Source: a virus (lineage: Duplodnaviria; Caudoviricetes). From it: a stretch of 64,000 nt of DNA. The notes beneath the pieces are model-generated. The model searched no databases. It saw only the letters and a program-made list of their open reading frames with translations, and was not told where the DNA came from. The DNA lies in IMG/VR virus record IMGVR_UViG_3300012665_000475, positions 2,263 through 66,262 of that record; one strand, given 5' to 3'. The position numbers and the translations under genes are program-made. How positions within the stretch are numbered: position 1 is the first letter of the stretch; every line of letters starts with the position of its first letter. Below are positions 43,442-53,092 of the stretch, one piece after another.

Positions 43442-45189
43442 TGAAACACCTAATTCTTGTTACCTTTTTATGTGTATTTGTAACAAACACTTATGCTCAA
43501 ACGGTAAAACTTTATTTCCCTAATGACACCAACAATGTCAATACGAGGGGAACTGTAATTAACAAAGGGGATACGCTGAATGTAGAAGTGCACGCAGACG
43601 GTAATGGTAATCTAACCACTCGTGCTTTGTACTTTGACTTTGAGTACCCTAATAATGCCTTGCAATTAATTAATGTAACCAACTCTAATACCATCTTGCC
43701 TGCTAACTCTCAGGCAACAATGAGCTATTATACTTACCCTGGTTATTCTTGGCAATCTACGTCGGCCAATAGTGTTACTGATGGTAATGCTCGTTATTAC
43801 AATTCATCCTATACGTACACGCAAGGTGGCACAAAGACTATTCTTAGAGTTTACCTAAACTGGTCAGTTAACCAAGGTGGCTTAGGTGTGGGTAAGTTAT
43901 TGAACTTAAAGTATAAGTTGAAGACGGATGCACAGGGGTATTCTTGGGATCCTATTAGAATGAACTTTGCTGCAGCATATAATCAGAATGGAACAGATGG
44001 CTCAACATTAATGACTACTCCGTTAACGAGTGTTATTATGCTTGACCCTACGGCCAGTAAATACGTTACAGCAAGTATTGGTAACAATGCTAACGTAGAT
44101 GAATTTAGTTTACACAGAGTAGCATTTACTGATTCAGTTACAAACCAAACTTATCTAGTGGATGCTTTGTCAGATGGAAGTATCCCAGTTGACCAAACTA
44201 GATTCCAACCCAATACAGTATACCACGTCCGTGTTATGTTTAATATGGACAGCATCAAGGACTTAGCAACAGCGGCAGTTACTGTATCTGACTACACCAC
44301 AGCACAAGCTGAGTTTGTGACACAGAACCTAGATGCTACATTTAAGAATCAATCTATTATCACAGGGATGGGGTATTTTGCCGCAGACGTGAATAGAAAT
44401 AAGTTGTTTGATGGAGGTGACTTGGTGAGGTTATTCTCGCACGTATCAGGAGTAGATAACTTGGTTACATTACCGACAGGCTACTCAGCTGGCACAGATA
44501 TGTATATGAGTGCTCCAACATTTACAGAGGCTGAGTTTAATGCAGCCTCCGCATCTTCTTGGAAGGACATTACTAAAAACTATGTTCGATTTAAGACAGG
44601 AGTGATTGGAGAGAACTTGCCATTAAAATTACGTTTTGTGATTCCTGGTGATATTAACCGTAGCCATAGCTCTCAGGTTATTATTAATAATGCGATTGCG
44701 ACTAATGCAATTCCTAGTTTAAAGAAAAACTTTAATGCATCTAAAACAGCAAAGTTACTGATCAACACGCCTGATGGGATTAGTGTAAGTTTAAAGAATG
44801 CAACGATTACTTCTAGTACGATCGATATTCCTGTTAAAATTAACACTAATACGAAACAAGTGTCTGCGTTGCAGTTTGAGTTTACTTATGACCCGACTAA
44901 GGTTAAGTTTGAGCAACTTATTAATGAGGTGCCCAATACTTGGTATACTTTTGTGGATAACAAAGAGGGCAAGGTTAGATTTGGCTCATTAGACAAAGAG
45001 TTAAAGACTCCTATCTCAGGAGAATCTACTCCATTCAAATTACGCTTTAGCTCAATAGGTAATCCTTTGGATATCAATACTTATATCAAAGTAACTCCTA
45101 ATATGGATGCGAGCTCTAAGACTGGCTACCAATTAGGCATTAATTTATCAACCGACTCGATCAAGTTGACGGGTTATAATAACTTCTAA
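43441..45189 (+). CDS. Secreted cohesin/dockerin-like domain protein
   Basis: Signal peptide MKHLILVTFLCVFVTNTYA|Q; N- and C-terminal cohesin-like domains (GDTLNVEV...LYFDFEYPNNALQL; IDIPVKI...VSALQFEFTYDPTKVKF); dockerin/EF-hand loop ADVNRNKLFDGGD. Confidence 0.7.
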   Translation: MKHLILVTFLCVFVTNTYAQTVKLYFPNDTNNVNTRGTVINKGDTLNVEVHADGNGNLTTRALYFDFEYPNNALQLINVTNSNTILPANSQATMSYYTYPGYSWQSTSANSVTDGNARYYNSSYTYTQGGTKTILRVYLNWSVNQGGLGVGKLLNLKYKLKTDAQGYSWDPIRMNFAAAYNQNGTDGSTLMTTPLTSVIMLDPTASKYVTASIGNNANVDEFSLHRVAFTDSVTNQTYLVDALSDGSIPVDQTRFQPNTVYHVRVMFNMDSIKDLATAAVTVSDYTTAQAEFVTQNLDATFKNQSIITGMGYFAADVNRNKLFDGGDLVRLFSHVSGVDNLVTLPTGYSAGTDMYMSAPTFTEAEFNAASASSWKDITKNYVRFKTGVIGENLPLKLRFVIPGDINRSHSSQVIINNAIATNAIPSLKKNFNASKTAKLLINTPDGISVSLKNATITSSTIDIPVKINTNTKQVSALQFEFTYDPTKVKFEQLINEVPNTWYTFVDNKEGKVRFGSLDKELKTPISGESTPFKLRFSSIGNPLDINTYIKVTPNMDASSKTGYQLGINLSTDSIKLTGYNNF

Positions 45190-45190
45190 G

Positions 45191-45553
45191 ATGAATAGAC
45201 TTATTATAGTATTATTTTTGTTATTCGTAATTTCGTGTGAAGAAATTAGCGTAGTTGAGCAGCCAATTAATCTAGGCGTTGAGTCTAAGGTAATGGTTGT
45301 TAACTCAGCAGTTGTTAAAGACAACGTGTTACACGTTAGCATTGCTACTACACCAGGTGCTAAGTATTTACTAGAAGTATATACTTTTGGAGGCAAGGAG
45401 CCTGTGAAGAAGTTAGGATTTACTGCAGATGCAAATGTTAGCAATAAAAGTATCCAAATGGATACACTTAAGAAGGGAATGTATGATTTAAAGATAATTA
45501 ACATCTCAGGAGAAGAAGTTAAAAGACCAATTAACCACAATAATTATTTATAA
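45191..45553 (+). CDS. Lipoprotein consisting of a T9SS C-terminal sorting-domain-like fold
   Basis: Lipobox FVIS|C; LEVYTFGG.......SIQMDTLKKGMYDLKI matches the IYD..G.....id...L..G.Y.l.i CTD signature. Confidence 0.55.
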   Translation: MNRLIIVLFLLFVISCEEISVVEQPINLGVESKVMVVNSAVVKDNVLHVSIATTPGAKYLLEVYTFGGKEPVKKLGFTADANVSNKSIQMDTLKKGMYDLKIINISGEEVKRPINHNNYL

Positions 45554-45554
45554 A

Positions 45555-45860
45555 ATGTCAGAAGAAAAAGAAGGAGGCTCAATCAAAGGGGCTATTATCG
45601 GAGGAGTAACATTGCTTATTACAACCGTCACAGGTGTGGTGGCTACTAAGTTTGAGTCAATCTTTGGAGACAAAGAAGAACCAAAGACTGAGGTGGTGCA
45701 ACCTGCTGCACAGCCGCAGCAGATTGTTATCAACAATTCACAGCCTCAGCAAGCATCAAGCAGAGGCACTAAGACTGTCATTGTTAAGGAGAAGGCTGCA
45801 GCAGAAAAGCCAAAGCCTAAGACTGCTAAAGAAGAAATGGAAGAAGCACCAAAATGGTAA
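45555..45860 (+). CDS. Single-TM membrane protein with low-complexity tail
   Basis: TM IIGGVTLLITTVTGVVA followed by a Gln/Pro/Lys/Glu-rich segment ending APKW. Confidence 0.6.
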   Translation: MSEEKEGGSIKGAIIGGVTLLITTVTGVVATKFESIFGDKEEPKTEVVQPAAQPQQIVINNSQPQQASSRGTKTVIVKEKAAAEKPKPKTAKEEMEEAPKW

Positions 45861-46561
45861 GATGGAGTATTTGCTTATTGCTATTGTCGTTGTCATCTTA
45901 TGGGCAGATTGCCACGACCAAAACGGAGGCTTATCAAGCTAGTTTTGAGAAGAAGATTAATATCGATTCATTGATGGACTATGATGGTCCTAAGATTCCT
46001 ATTCAATTACTATCGATTGGAATCAATGAGGATATATACGCTTCCTATCCAGAACTAAAAGATAAGCGTGTAGGATTAGGTGTGACTAATATTGTGGTTG
46101 AGTTCTTAGAAGAGACTAACCGCTTCACATTTACGGAGGATAAGGCTGAGATTAAGAACCGTATGGTTAAGCAGTTTCAGGCTAGTCAGGCAGGTATATC
46201 AGAGAACAAGCTAGACGGACGTGGCAAGATTAAACTTGCTCAGTACTTTGTTTACATCGAGTGCTATGACTTTTCTGTTAGTGAAGACGAGTCCATTAGT
46301 TTAAAAGATGGTGCCAAGCAAACAGTAGTAACAAGACTTGGCTTGCAGGTTAAGTTCGTAAATGCTGAGACAGGAGAATACTTTACAGGTTCAGGATTAG
46401 GTGAGGCTAAAACTACACGTGAGGCTACGTTAATGAATGATGGTAACTTTGCGGAAATTAAATTTAATCAATCCACTATAGGCACAACGACTAAGAAAGC
46501 GTTGGAGAATGCTGCTAGTAAAATTATTGTGCGGATGATTAAAAAGAAAATCTTTAAATGA
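45854..46561 (+). CDS. CsgG/HfaB-family (curli-assembly channel-like) protein
   Basis: Signal peptide; GVTNIVVEFL.ETNRF..., AQYFVY....DF, LGLQVKFVNAETGE...GSG.G motifs typical of CsgG-like proteins. Confidence 0.7.
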   Translation: MVRWSICLLLLSLSSYGQIATTKTEAYQASFEKKINIDSLMDYDGPKIPIQLLSIGINEDIYASYPELKDKRVGLGVTNIVVEFLEETNRFTFTEDKAEIKNRMVKQFQASQAGISENKLDGRGKIKLAQYFVYIECYDFSVSEDESISLKDGAKQTVVTRLGLQVKFVNAETGEYFTGSGLGEAKTTREATLMNDGNFAEIKFNQSTIGTTTKKALENAASKIIVRMIKKKIFK

Positions 46562-47709
46562 AATGGATAGTATTTATAGCCATACTTATCTTACCCACGA
46601 TTATGTACGCACAAACACTTACACAGGTGTTCGTGGATCCGTGCAGTGGCAAGGTAACAACTGTAGTGGTACCGCTCGCTGGTGGCAAGACTACCGTGGT
46701 TTACCGAGGGCAGTACAAGGTAGTGACGGCAAACGATATTACAAGTGGAGCTCTGCAAGCGTGGATAAATGAGTTAACAGTTAACTTCCCTTGTCCTCAG
46801 GCTACGATTGCGGTAACACAAACAGTAGCAAGTGCTGTATCTCAAGCAGTAGCAGCAGCAACAACAGCGGCAACAGCAACAGCAACAAGTGCAGCTACAT
46901 CAGCAGCAACCTCTGCGGCCACAGCGGCAGCAGCACCTGCACCGGTAGCAGAAACAAAGACTGAGGCACCTGCAGTAGAAAGTAAATCAGAAACTAAAAC
47001 AGAATCTAAAAGTGAAGAAAAAAGCGAGTCCAAGTCCGAAAAGAAAAGCGAGAGTAAAGCCAAGTCGTCTTCGTCAAATCCAATTATTTATTCTTCGGAT
47101 TTTACGGTCGCTCCGACTAGTGAAGTAACATCTATTATTGCTAGTGTTGGGATGAGTCAAGCCTCCTTGATGGGCAACTCATCGTGGGGCATTAACTCTA
47201 TGATATGGTCAACCTTCAACCAATTCGCACTAGGAGCCAGATATACTTTGATGAATTTTAATCAAGGTAAGTTAGAGTCCATCTCAAACTTTGGCGTTAC
47301 AGGCGTTTATTTAAGTGGAAATGTGTTAGGCTTCGCAACGGCTGCTTACATCGTCCCTATGGGCAAGTATGGTACCACAGGAGCCAACTATACTTTATCG
47401 GTTGCAGGAGCAAACGATGAGGCTAACATATCCAACAATATATTACTATTCTACACCGTACCTATCAAGATAAATAAGTACGTATCAATTAGTCCTGACT
47501 TATACGTGTCAGGATCATCAACAGGCTATCTAACCAGGCAGAAAGTATTTGTGACTAGTAACGATATAGGCATTCTAACGGGTGCCTCATTTGATATTGC
47601 ACTAACCAAACGCTTCAAGTTTAACTTTGCATTAAAGACAGGTGTTAATACTAATCCTGCTGTTCCTCAGTCCTATCTTGGGATGATAGGCACCAAAATT
47701 AATTTATAA
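46558..47709 (+). CDS. Putative outer-membrane beta-barrel protein with N-terminal disulfide domain and low-complexity stalk
   Basis: Signal peptide; DPC...FPC pair; Ala/Thr then Glu/Lys/Ser linker; C-terminal ~200 aa of alternating amphipathic strands ending YLGMIGTKINL. Confidence 0.55.
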   Translation: MKWIVFIAILILPTIMYAQTLTQVFVDPCSGKVTTVVVPLAGGKTTVVYRGQYKVVTANDITSGALQAWINELTVNFPCPQATIAVTQTVASAVSQAVAAATTAATATATSAATSAATSAATAAAAPAPVAETKTEAPAVESKSETKTESKSEEKSESKSEKKSESKAKSSSSNPIIYSSDFTVAPTSEVTSIIASVGMSQASLMGNSSWGINSMIWSTFNQFALGARYTLMNFNQGKLESISNFGVTGVYLSGNVLGFATAAYIVPMGKYGTTGANYTLSVAGANDEANISNNILLFYTVPIKINKYVSISPDLYVSGSSTGYLTRQKVFVTSNDIGILTGASFDIALTKRFKFNFALKTGVNTNPAVPQSYLGMIGTKINL

Positions 47710-47720
47710 GTTCTTTTTCG

Positions 47721-47728
47721 TATTTTTG
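47721..47728 (+). promoter_or_regulatory. Bacteroidota -7 box (TATTTTTG)
   Basis: 26 nt before the tail fibre ATG. Confidence 0.55.
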
Positions 47729-47754
47729 CTAGATAATAAGCAAAGACTTTCTCA

Positions 47755-50700
47755 ATGGCAAGAATACAAACATACCCGAATGACGTATACGTAACGGGGA
47801 ATGATAAATGGATTGGATCCGACGCTAACAACGACTTCATAACCAAAAACTTTACAGCAAACGCTGTTGCCGATTATTTCAATCGTGTAGGTATTATCGA
47901 TACAGGTAGTTTCAACTGGTCATACAGAATGTATGCCCCGACAGAATCTCAGCCTGCTAAGACGTTTGAGTTAATTGACCATCCATTTGATACAGTAGAT
48001 GTTATTGGACTTGCAGGAACCATCAAGGTTTCATTCTTGACAATGGCTAATACCGAGCCAGGTATCTTCATTGAGCAGGCTTGGTTAGATAAAATCATTC
48101 TTGTTAATCGTCCAGGATTCCCTAGTGAGTACGGATTATATAAAGTAACTGCTGTTGTTGAAGATGGTGATTACTATTTCTTAGACTTAGATTTCATTGG
48201 TGGCCATTCAGGTATTGTTAACGAAGATGAGCCAGTTACATTTGGATTATTCTCAGGGGTAAGTGGCACATCGGGTACAACAGGTACCTCAGGAACTTCT
48301 GGAACCACAGGAACATCTGGCACTAGTGGAACAGATGGCACATCAGGTTCTTCAGGAACTACAGGCACATCAGGTTCATCGGGAACGGATGGTACAAGTG
48401 GATCTTCAGGTACAACAGGAACATCAGGTTCTTCAGGTACAGGTGGTACATCAGGAACTTCAGGAACAAACGGTTCAGACGGTACGTCAGGTACACGTGG
48501 TACGTCAGGTACTTCAGGTATTGACGGCATCGACGGAACAGATGGTACGTCAGGGACTAGTGGAACAGACGGAACAGGAGGTACTTCAGGTACTAATGGT
48601 TCAGCTGGTACATCTGGTACAGATGGTACAGGTGGTACTTCGGGAATAGATGGAACAAGTGGTTCTAGCGGTACAGGAGGAACTAGTGGTTCAAGTGGAA
48701 TTAACGGTACCTCAGGTACAGGAGGAACCAGTGGTACAGATGGTACAGGAGGAACCTCAGGTACTGATGGCACAGGGGGAACTTCAGGTACATCGGGCTC
48801 AAGTGGCTCATCAGGCATTGATGGTACTTCAGGTACAGGAGGAACAAGTGGAACATCAGGTACAGACGGTACTGGTGGAACATCAGGGACTAATGGTACT
48901 GGAGGAACGTCGGGCACTAGTGGAGAGTCAGGAACTTCAGGCACAACAGGTACTAGTGGTACAGGTGGTGTTGATGGAACGTCAGGTACATCAGGTGAAA
49001 ATGGTGTATCTAATAACTTATTCTTATATCAAGCACACACAACAAGTCAATCAGGATATCCTGGAAACGGTCATATTCTTTGGAATAATGCTACACAGAT
49101 AAGTTCAACTCAAATTAATATCAGTCATCTTACTGACAATGGCATTGATATTGATATCTTTTTAGCGTTGCTTCAAGATTTGCAACAAATTACTATTCAA
49201 GATAGAAATAGTTCTGCCAACTATCAAATCTGGGATGTTAACGGAACACCAACACAAGTAACAGGTGCTAATAATTATTGGATAGTACCTGTTGTTTTAA
49301 TATCATCAGCTGGTACAGGCACAACAAATTTTGCTAATAACCATCCATTATTCTTAGCGATTGTATCTCAATCAGGTACATCAGGAGTTAACGGAACATC
49401 AGGAACTAGTGGTACTACAGGCACATCAGGTACAGGTGGAACATCAGGTGTGTCAGGAAGCTCAGGCACTTCAGGAGCTGACGGTACTAGCGGAGTTAGT
49501 GGTACATCAGGTGTGAGTGGTACATCAGGAGTAGATGGTACAAGTGGGGTTAATGGAACTAGTGGATCATCAGGATTAAGTGGTACTAGTGGTAGTTCAG
49601 GAGCAAGTGGAACCTCAGGTGTATCAGGTACATCAGGTATTAACGGAACCTCAGGTGTTGATGGTACTTCAGGATTAAGCGGTACCTCAGGAACATCAGG
49701 TATTAACGGAACATCTGGAACAACTCCAGTTGGTCAAATTACGGGTACGTTGACAGCAAATTATGTTCCTCTTGCAACAGGTACAAATACAATTGGAAAT
49801 AGTAAAATAAGCCAACCTGATTCAAATAATATAAAAGTAAATTTTGCTGATACATATTCCCAGGGGACAATGTTTACTTATGTTTCTACATATGTAAGCA
49901 AATTATTAATAGGCAGAACAAATGATGCGGTAGGTGCAGCAGGTAGTAATGTTGATTTAATATATGATATAGAAGGTGCTGAGATATTTGAAATTAGAAG
50001 AAATTATTCTTCAAATACATTTAAGGTTACGCTTAATAATGGAACATCTGTTGTAACTCATTTAAGTATTGCAAATACGGGTGCTGCTACATTTAATAGT
50101 ACATTACAAACAGGTGGTAATATAAATTTAGTTGCAAGTTCTGGTGCTTTAGTTCTTACAAACACGGCATCATCGAATAAGAGATGGGATATTTCAAGTA
50201 ATGGTAATGATTTTACAATAAATGAAACAGGCGTTGCTGAAACAATGCGTATTGCAGCAGGAGGTGCTTCTACTTTTAGTAATAATATAACAATTACTAA
50301 TGTTGGAAGACCATATTTTATTGCTAAGACAACAAATTCAGGAGAAGAAGCAGGTATAAAAATACAACAATCAACTGTTTCAGATTGGTATATTGGTACT
50401 GCTCAAGGTACTCCATCTGCTAATGACTTAGCAATTAGAGATGTAAAGAATGGTAGAATACCATTATATTTTGCTGCTTCTTCAGGAGCCGCTACTTTCT
50501 CAAGTAGTGTTACTACAGGAGGTAATATAACCACAACTCCATCTTCTGCAGGATTCTATGTTTATGGCTCCATACCTGTTGCTAGGTATTCATACTTTGG
50601 TTATTCATCAGGTTACAATGGTGTTTTAGTAGGAAGTACTGCAGGTCAAACATTGTTCTTTAATGTTGATGTAACAGGGAATCCAAGTGGAGCATTTAGT

Positions 50701-52623
50701 GGTGCTGGTCAAGAATATGTGTGGCGAAATGCAGGTTCATTTATTACTCCAAATTCAGTAAATAATGGTTACAACACTTTATTCAGTTGGAATTCTGCTG
50801 GTGCATTAACTATTCCAGGTTCAACATCAATTGGAAGTTTAGTTACAAGCTCCTTACAAATTGGTGATTACACAGGTAACCCATCATTAACCCTTGCTGC
50901 TGCTAATAATGGTTTTAGTAAAATAAATTTCTATGACCAAAATACAACAGAAGGTTTGTACCTAAGAACAGATGGTGAAACCTATGGTGGAACTATGACC
51001 TTTGGTGCAAGATGGGATGATGATGAGGCGAAGATTGTATTTAAGATGTATCAAACATCTGCAGGAGCTGGATATAATGCAAGAGTAGGAATTGGTACAA
51101 CTGATCCTGCAGGCGAGTTAACTGTTAAAAGAGGTTATAGTAGTTCGTTTACCCCTGCATATATTGGTAATACTTCTTATACTGCTTGGAATAGACAAGT
51201 ATATGATACATTTGTTTTACAACAAGATGATGTAACATCATTCAGAATGGTTGAAAAGAATGGAGAAGCAAATACATCTGACCAAGTATTATCATTTAGT
51301 GTTGGTGATGGGTTTGCAAGAATTTCATCATCTGCACAACCAATGCAATTTTATGTAAATGGTAGCCCATCAGGATTAGCATATCAAGGATTAAGTGGAA
51401 CATTAGCACTATCTATTGCTACATCAGGAGCTTCTACATTTTCAAATAGTACTGAATCTACTAGATGGTATATTACACCAAGTGGAACGAGTCAACTTTA
51501 TAATATAGTTAATTCTGATAATTCATATGCAGGATCTTATACAATGCAAGCTGGTGGGGGATCATCGGGATATGGAGGTTCTATAACAGTTTGGGGTCAT
51601 TCTCACGCTTCTAGAGCAGGTTATGTTTCAGCAGGGATAAGTGCAAGTAGTGGTGGTAGATTTACTGTAATGAGTCAAGCAATTGGGAATGGTACAGATC
51701 TGTTTTCTGTTTGCTCTAGTGCTAATGTTTTAATAGGCACTACAACAGATGCAGGGTATAGATTATATGTAAGTGGCCAAACAATAGCAGTAAACAATGG
51801 AGCAACAGCTGAATTAAGATTACAAGGTGGAGGATACGGTGGAAGTTATAACACATCATTAAGGTCACAAACAGGGGCAAGTGGTATATTACAATTTGGC
51901 AATAATGGCGTTAATTACGTTTTAATTGGAACTACAAATACGGGAGGTTACTTAGACTTCAGAACAAATTGCAATTCTGAAAGTACATCTTCGGGTACTT
52001 TTGTTATGCGAATGAGTGCTGGAGGTAATGTTGGAATAAATGTCGACCCTGGATATAAGCTAGATGTAGATGGTGGCAATATAACTGGAGCAGCGTTTCG
52101 TGCTACTAAACAAGCATCTTCTGGTGACGGACTAGTTGCATACTTTACAAATAGCTCTAATAACGGGTATTCTTCATACATTTACATAGGTTCTAATCCA
52201 GGTACTGACTGGAAAATTGGTAAAAATATCTCAAATCCAACAGGAGCAACTTACCATTTTGAGATTGTTGATAGTAGCAACAATATTAGAATGCAGATTA
52301 ATAACGGTACAGGTAATGTTACTTTTACAGGTTCTGTATATGCTCCGTCATTTTTCGAAAGCTCTGATGCTACGATTAAGACTTTAATTGAAGATAACTA
52401 TCAGACTAAGGGAATTGAATCTGTAGTAGCTAAGTTGTATATTAAGAATGGGAAAGAAGAACTTGGTTACTATGCACAAGATGTACAAGGTATATTGCCA
52501 AGTGCGGTAAGTAGAGCAGAGAATGGATTATTAAATCTTTCTTATCGTGAAGTTCATACAGCTAAGATTGCAAGACTTGAGAAACGTGTGGCAGAATTAG
52601 AGCAACAATTAAATTTAAACTAA
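47755..52623 (+). CDS. Tail fibre with collagen-like Gly-Thr-Ser repeats and C-terminal intramolecular chaperone (peptidase S74-like)
   Basis: MARI.TY..D...D.WIGSD anchor; two G-X-Y tracts; GIGTT-type fibre repeats; ESSD..IK...LGY.AQDVQ.ILP.AV...L.Y......IA.LE..V.ELE. Confidence 0.85.
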   Translation: MARIQTYPNDVYVTGNDKWIGSDANNDFITKNFTANAVADYFNRVGIIDTGSFNWSYRMYAPTESQPAKTFELIDHPFDTVDVIGLAGTIKVSFLTMANTEPGIFIEQAWLDKIILVNRPGFPSEYGLYKVTAVVEDGDYYFLDLDFIGGHSGIVNEDEPVTFGLFSGVSGTSGTTGTSGTSGTTGTSGTSGTDGTSGSSGTTGTSGSSGTDGTSGSSGTTGTSGSSGTGGTSGTSGTNGSDGTSGTRGTSGTSGIDGIDGTDGTSGTSGTDGTGGTSGTNGSAGTSGTDGTGGTSGIDGTSGSSGTGGTSGSSGINGTSGTGGTSGTDGTGGTSGTDGTGGTSGTSGSSGSSGIDGTSGTGGTSGTSGTDGTGGTSGTNGTGGTSGTSGESGTSGTTGTSGTGGVDGTSGTSGENGVSNNLFLYQAHTTSQSGYPGNGHILWNNATQISSTQINISHLTDNGIDIDIFLALLQDLQQITIQDRNSSANYQIWDVNGTPTQVTGANNYWIVPVVLISSAGTGTTNFANNHPLFLAIVSQSGTSGVNGTSGTSGTTGTSGTGGTSGVSGSSGTSGADGTSGVSGTSGVSGTSGVDGTSGVNGTSGSSGLSGTSGSSGASGTSGVSGTSGINGTSGVDGTSGLSGTSGTSGINGTSGTTPVGQITGTLTANYVPLATGTNTIGNSKISQPDSNNIKVNFADTYSQGTMFTYVSTYVSKLLIGRTNDAVGAAGSNVDLIYDIEGAEIFEIRRNYSSNTFKVTLNNGTSVVTHLSIANTGAATFNSTLQTGGNINLVASSGALVLTNTASSNKRWDISSNGNDFTINETGVAETMRIAAGGASTFSNNITITNVGRPYFIAKTTNSGEEAGIKIQQSTVSDWYIGTAQGTPSANDLAIRDVKNGRIPLYFAASSGAATFSSSVTTGGNITTTPSSAGFYVYGSIPVARYSYFGYSSGYNGVLVGSTAGQTLFFNVDVTGNPSGAFSGAGQEYVWRNAGSFITPNSVNNGYNTLFSWNSAGALTIPGSTSIGSLVTSSLQIGDYTGNPSLTLAAANNGFSKINFYDQNTTEGLYLRTDGETYGGTMTFGARWDDDEAKIVFKMYQTSAGAGYNARVGIGTTDPAGELTVKRGYSSSFTPAYIGNTSYTAWNRQVYDTFVLQQDDVTSFRMVEKNGEANTSDQVLSFSVGDGFARISSSAQPMQFYVNGSPSGLAYQGLSGTLALSIATSGASTFSNSTESTRWYITPSGTSQLYNIVNSDNSYAGSYTMQAGGGSSGYGGSITVWGHSHASRAGYVSAGISASSGGRFTVMSQAIGNGTDLFSVCSSANVLIGTTTDAGYRLYVSGQTIAVNNGATAELRLQGGGYGGSYNTSLRSQTGASGILQFGNNGVNYVLIGTTNTGGYLDFRTNCNSESTSSGTFVMRMSAGGNVGINVDPGYKLDVDGGNITGAAFRATKQASSGDGLVAYFTNSSNNGYSSYIYIGSNPGTDWKIGKNISNPTGATYHFEIVDSSNNIRMQINNGTGNVTFTGSVYAPSFFESSDATIKTLIEDNYQTKGIESVVAKLYIKNGKEELGYYAQDVQGILPSAVSRAENGLLNLSYREVHTAKIARLEKRVAELEQQLNLN
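48256..49010 (+). repeat. Collagen-like (G-T-S / G-T-D / G-T-G)n tract 1
   Basis: Uninterrupted Gly every third codon. Confidence 0.9.
49372..49724 (+). repeat. Collagen-like (G-T-S / G-V-S)n tract 2
   Basis: Second G-X-Y tract after a ~120-aa globular insert. Confidence 0.9.
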
Positions 52624-52624
52624 T

Positions 52625-53059
52625 ATGTCTTGGGCAGGTATAGCAAGTAATCAATGTGTGAGTTGGGCTAATCTTCAGGATGCAGTAAATAACAATGTAT
52701 TTATACAGATTGGATTGATACCACCACCAGGAATTCCCAGTAATAGGGAAATAACTAAACTAGGAGCATTAACAACTGTTGATATTCAGACAGCTCCTTT
52801 ATCAGGTACAGCTGATAACCAATTAGTTGTTAAAAGTGAGTTAGTAGCATCTGCTTATACTTACTATCAACTTAATCATTGCTCAGGTGGCCCTGCTGCG
52901 TGGACAAAGATTACTCCTGCGTTAGGTTTTGGTCAGCGTTATGTACTACCTAGTGGTAGTCCTGTGTTCTATTATTACAATGGAATTAATCAGACTACTC
53001 TGCCTGCAGGTTACAATGGATCAATACAAATTGTGTCAGGACAAACGTATTGTCCGTAA
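52625..53059 (+). CDS. Small virion/fibre-associated protein with a Cys-bracketed module
   Basis: C-terminal YYQL..C...G.RYVLP.....Y.Y.G.....P.GYNGSIQI....CP is homologous to the end of 1445-5548. Confidence 0.65.
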   Translation: MSWAGIASNQCVSWANLQDAVNNNVFIQIGLIPPPGIPSNREITKLGALTTVDIQTAPLSGTADNQLVVKSELVASAYTYYQLNHCSGGPAAWTKITPALGFGQRYVLPSGSPVFYYYNGINQTTLPAGYNGSIQIVSGQTYCP

Positions 53060-53092
53060 TATTTATTAACTTTAAACTTTAAAATATAAAAA

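Noticed and set aside
48174-49102. Long Pro/Val-rich antisense ORF (48174-48944) and alternate-frame Gln/Val ORFs (48263-48649, 48650-49102)
   Set aside because: These are direct shadows of the Gly-Thr-Ser codon repeat, which lacks stops in other frames; no independent signals.
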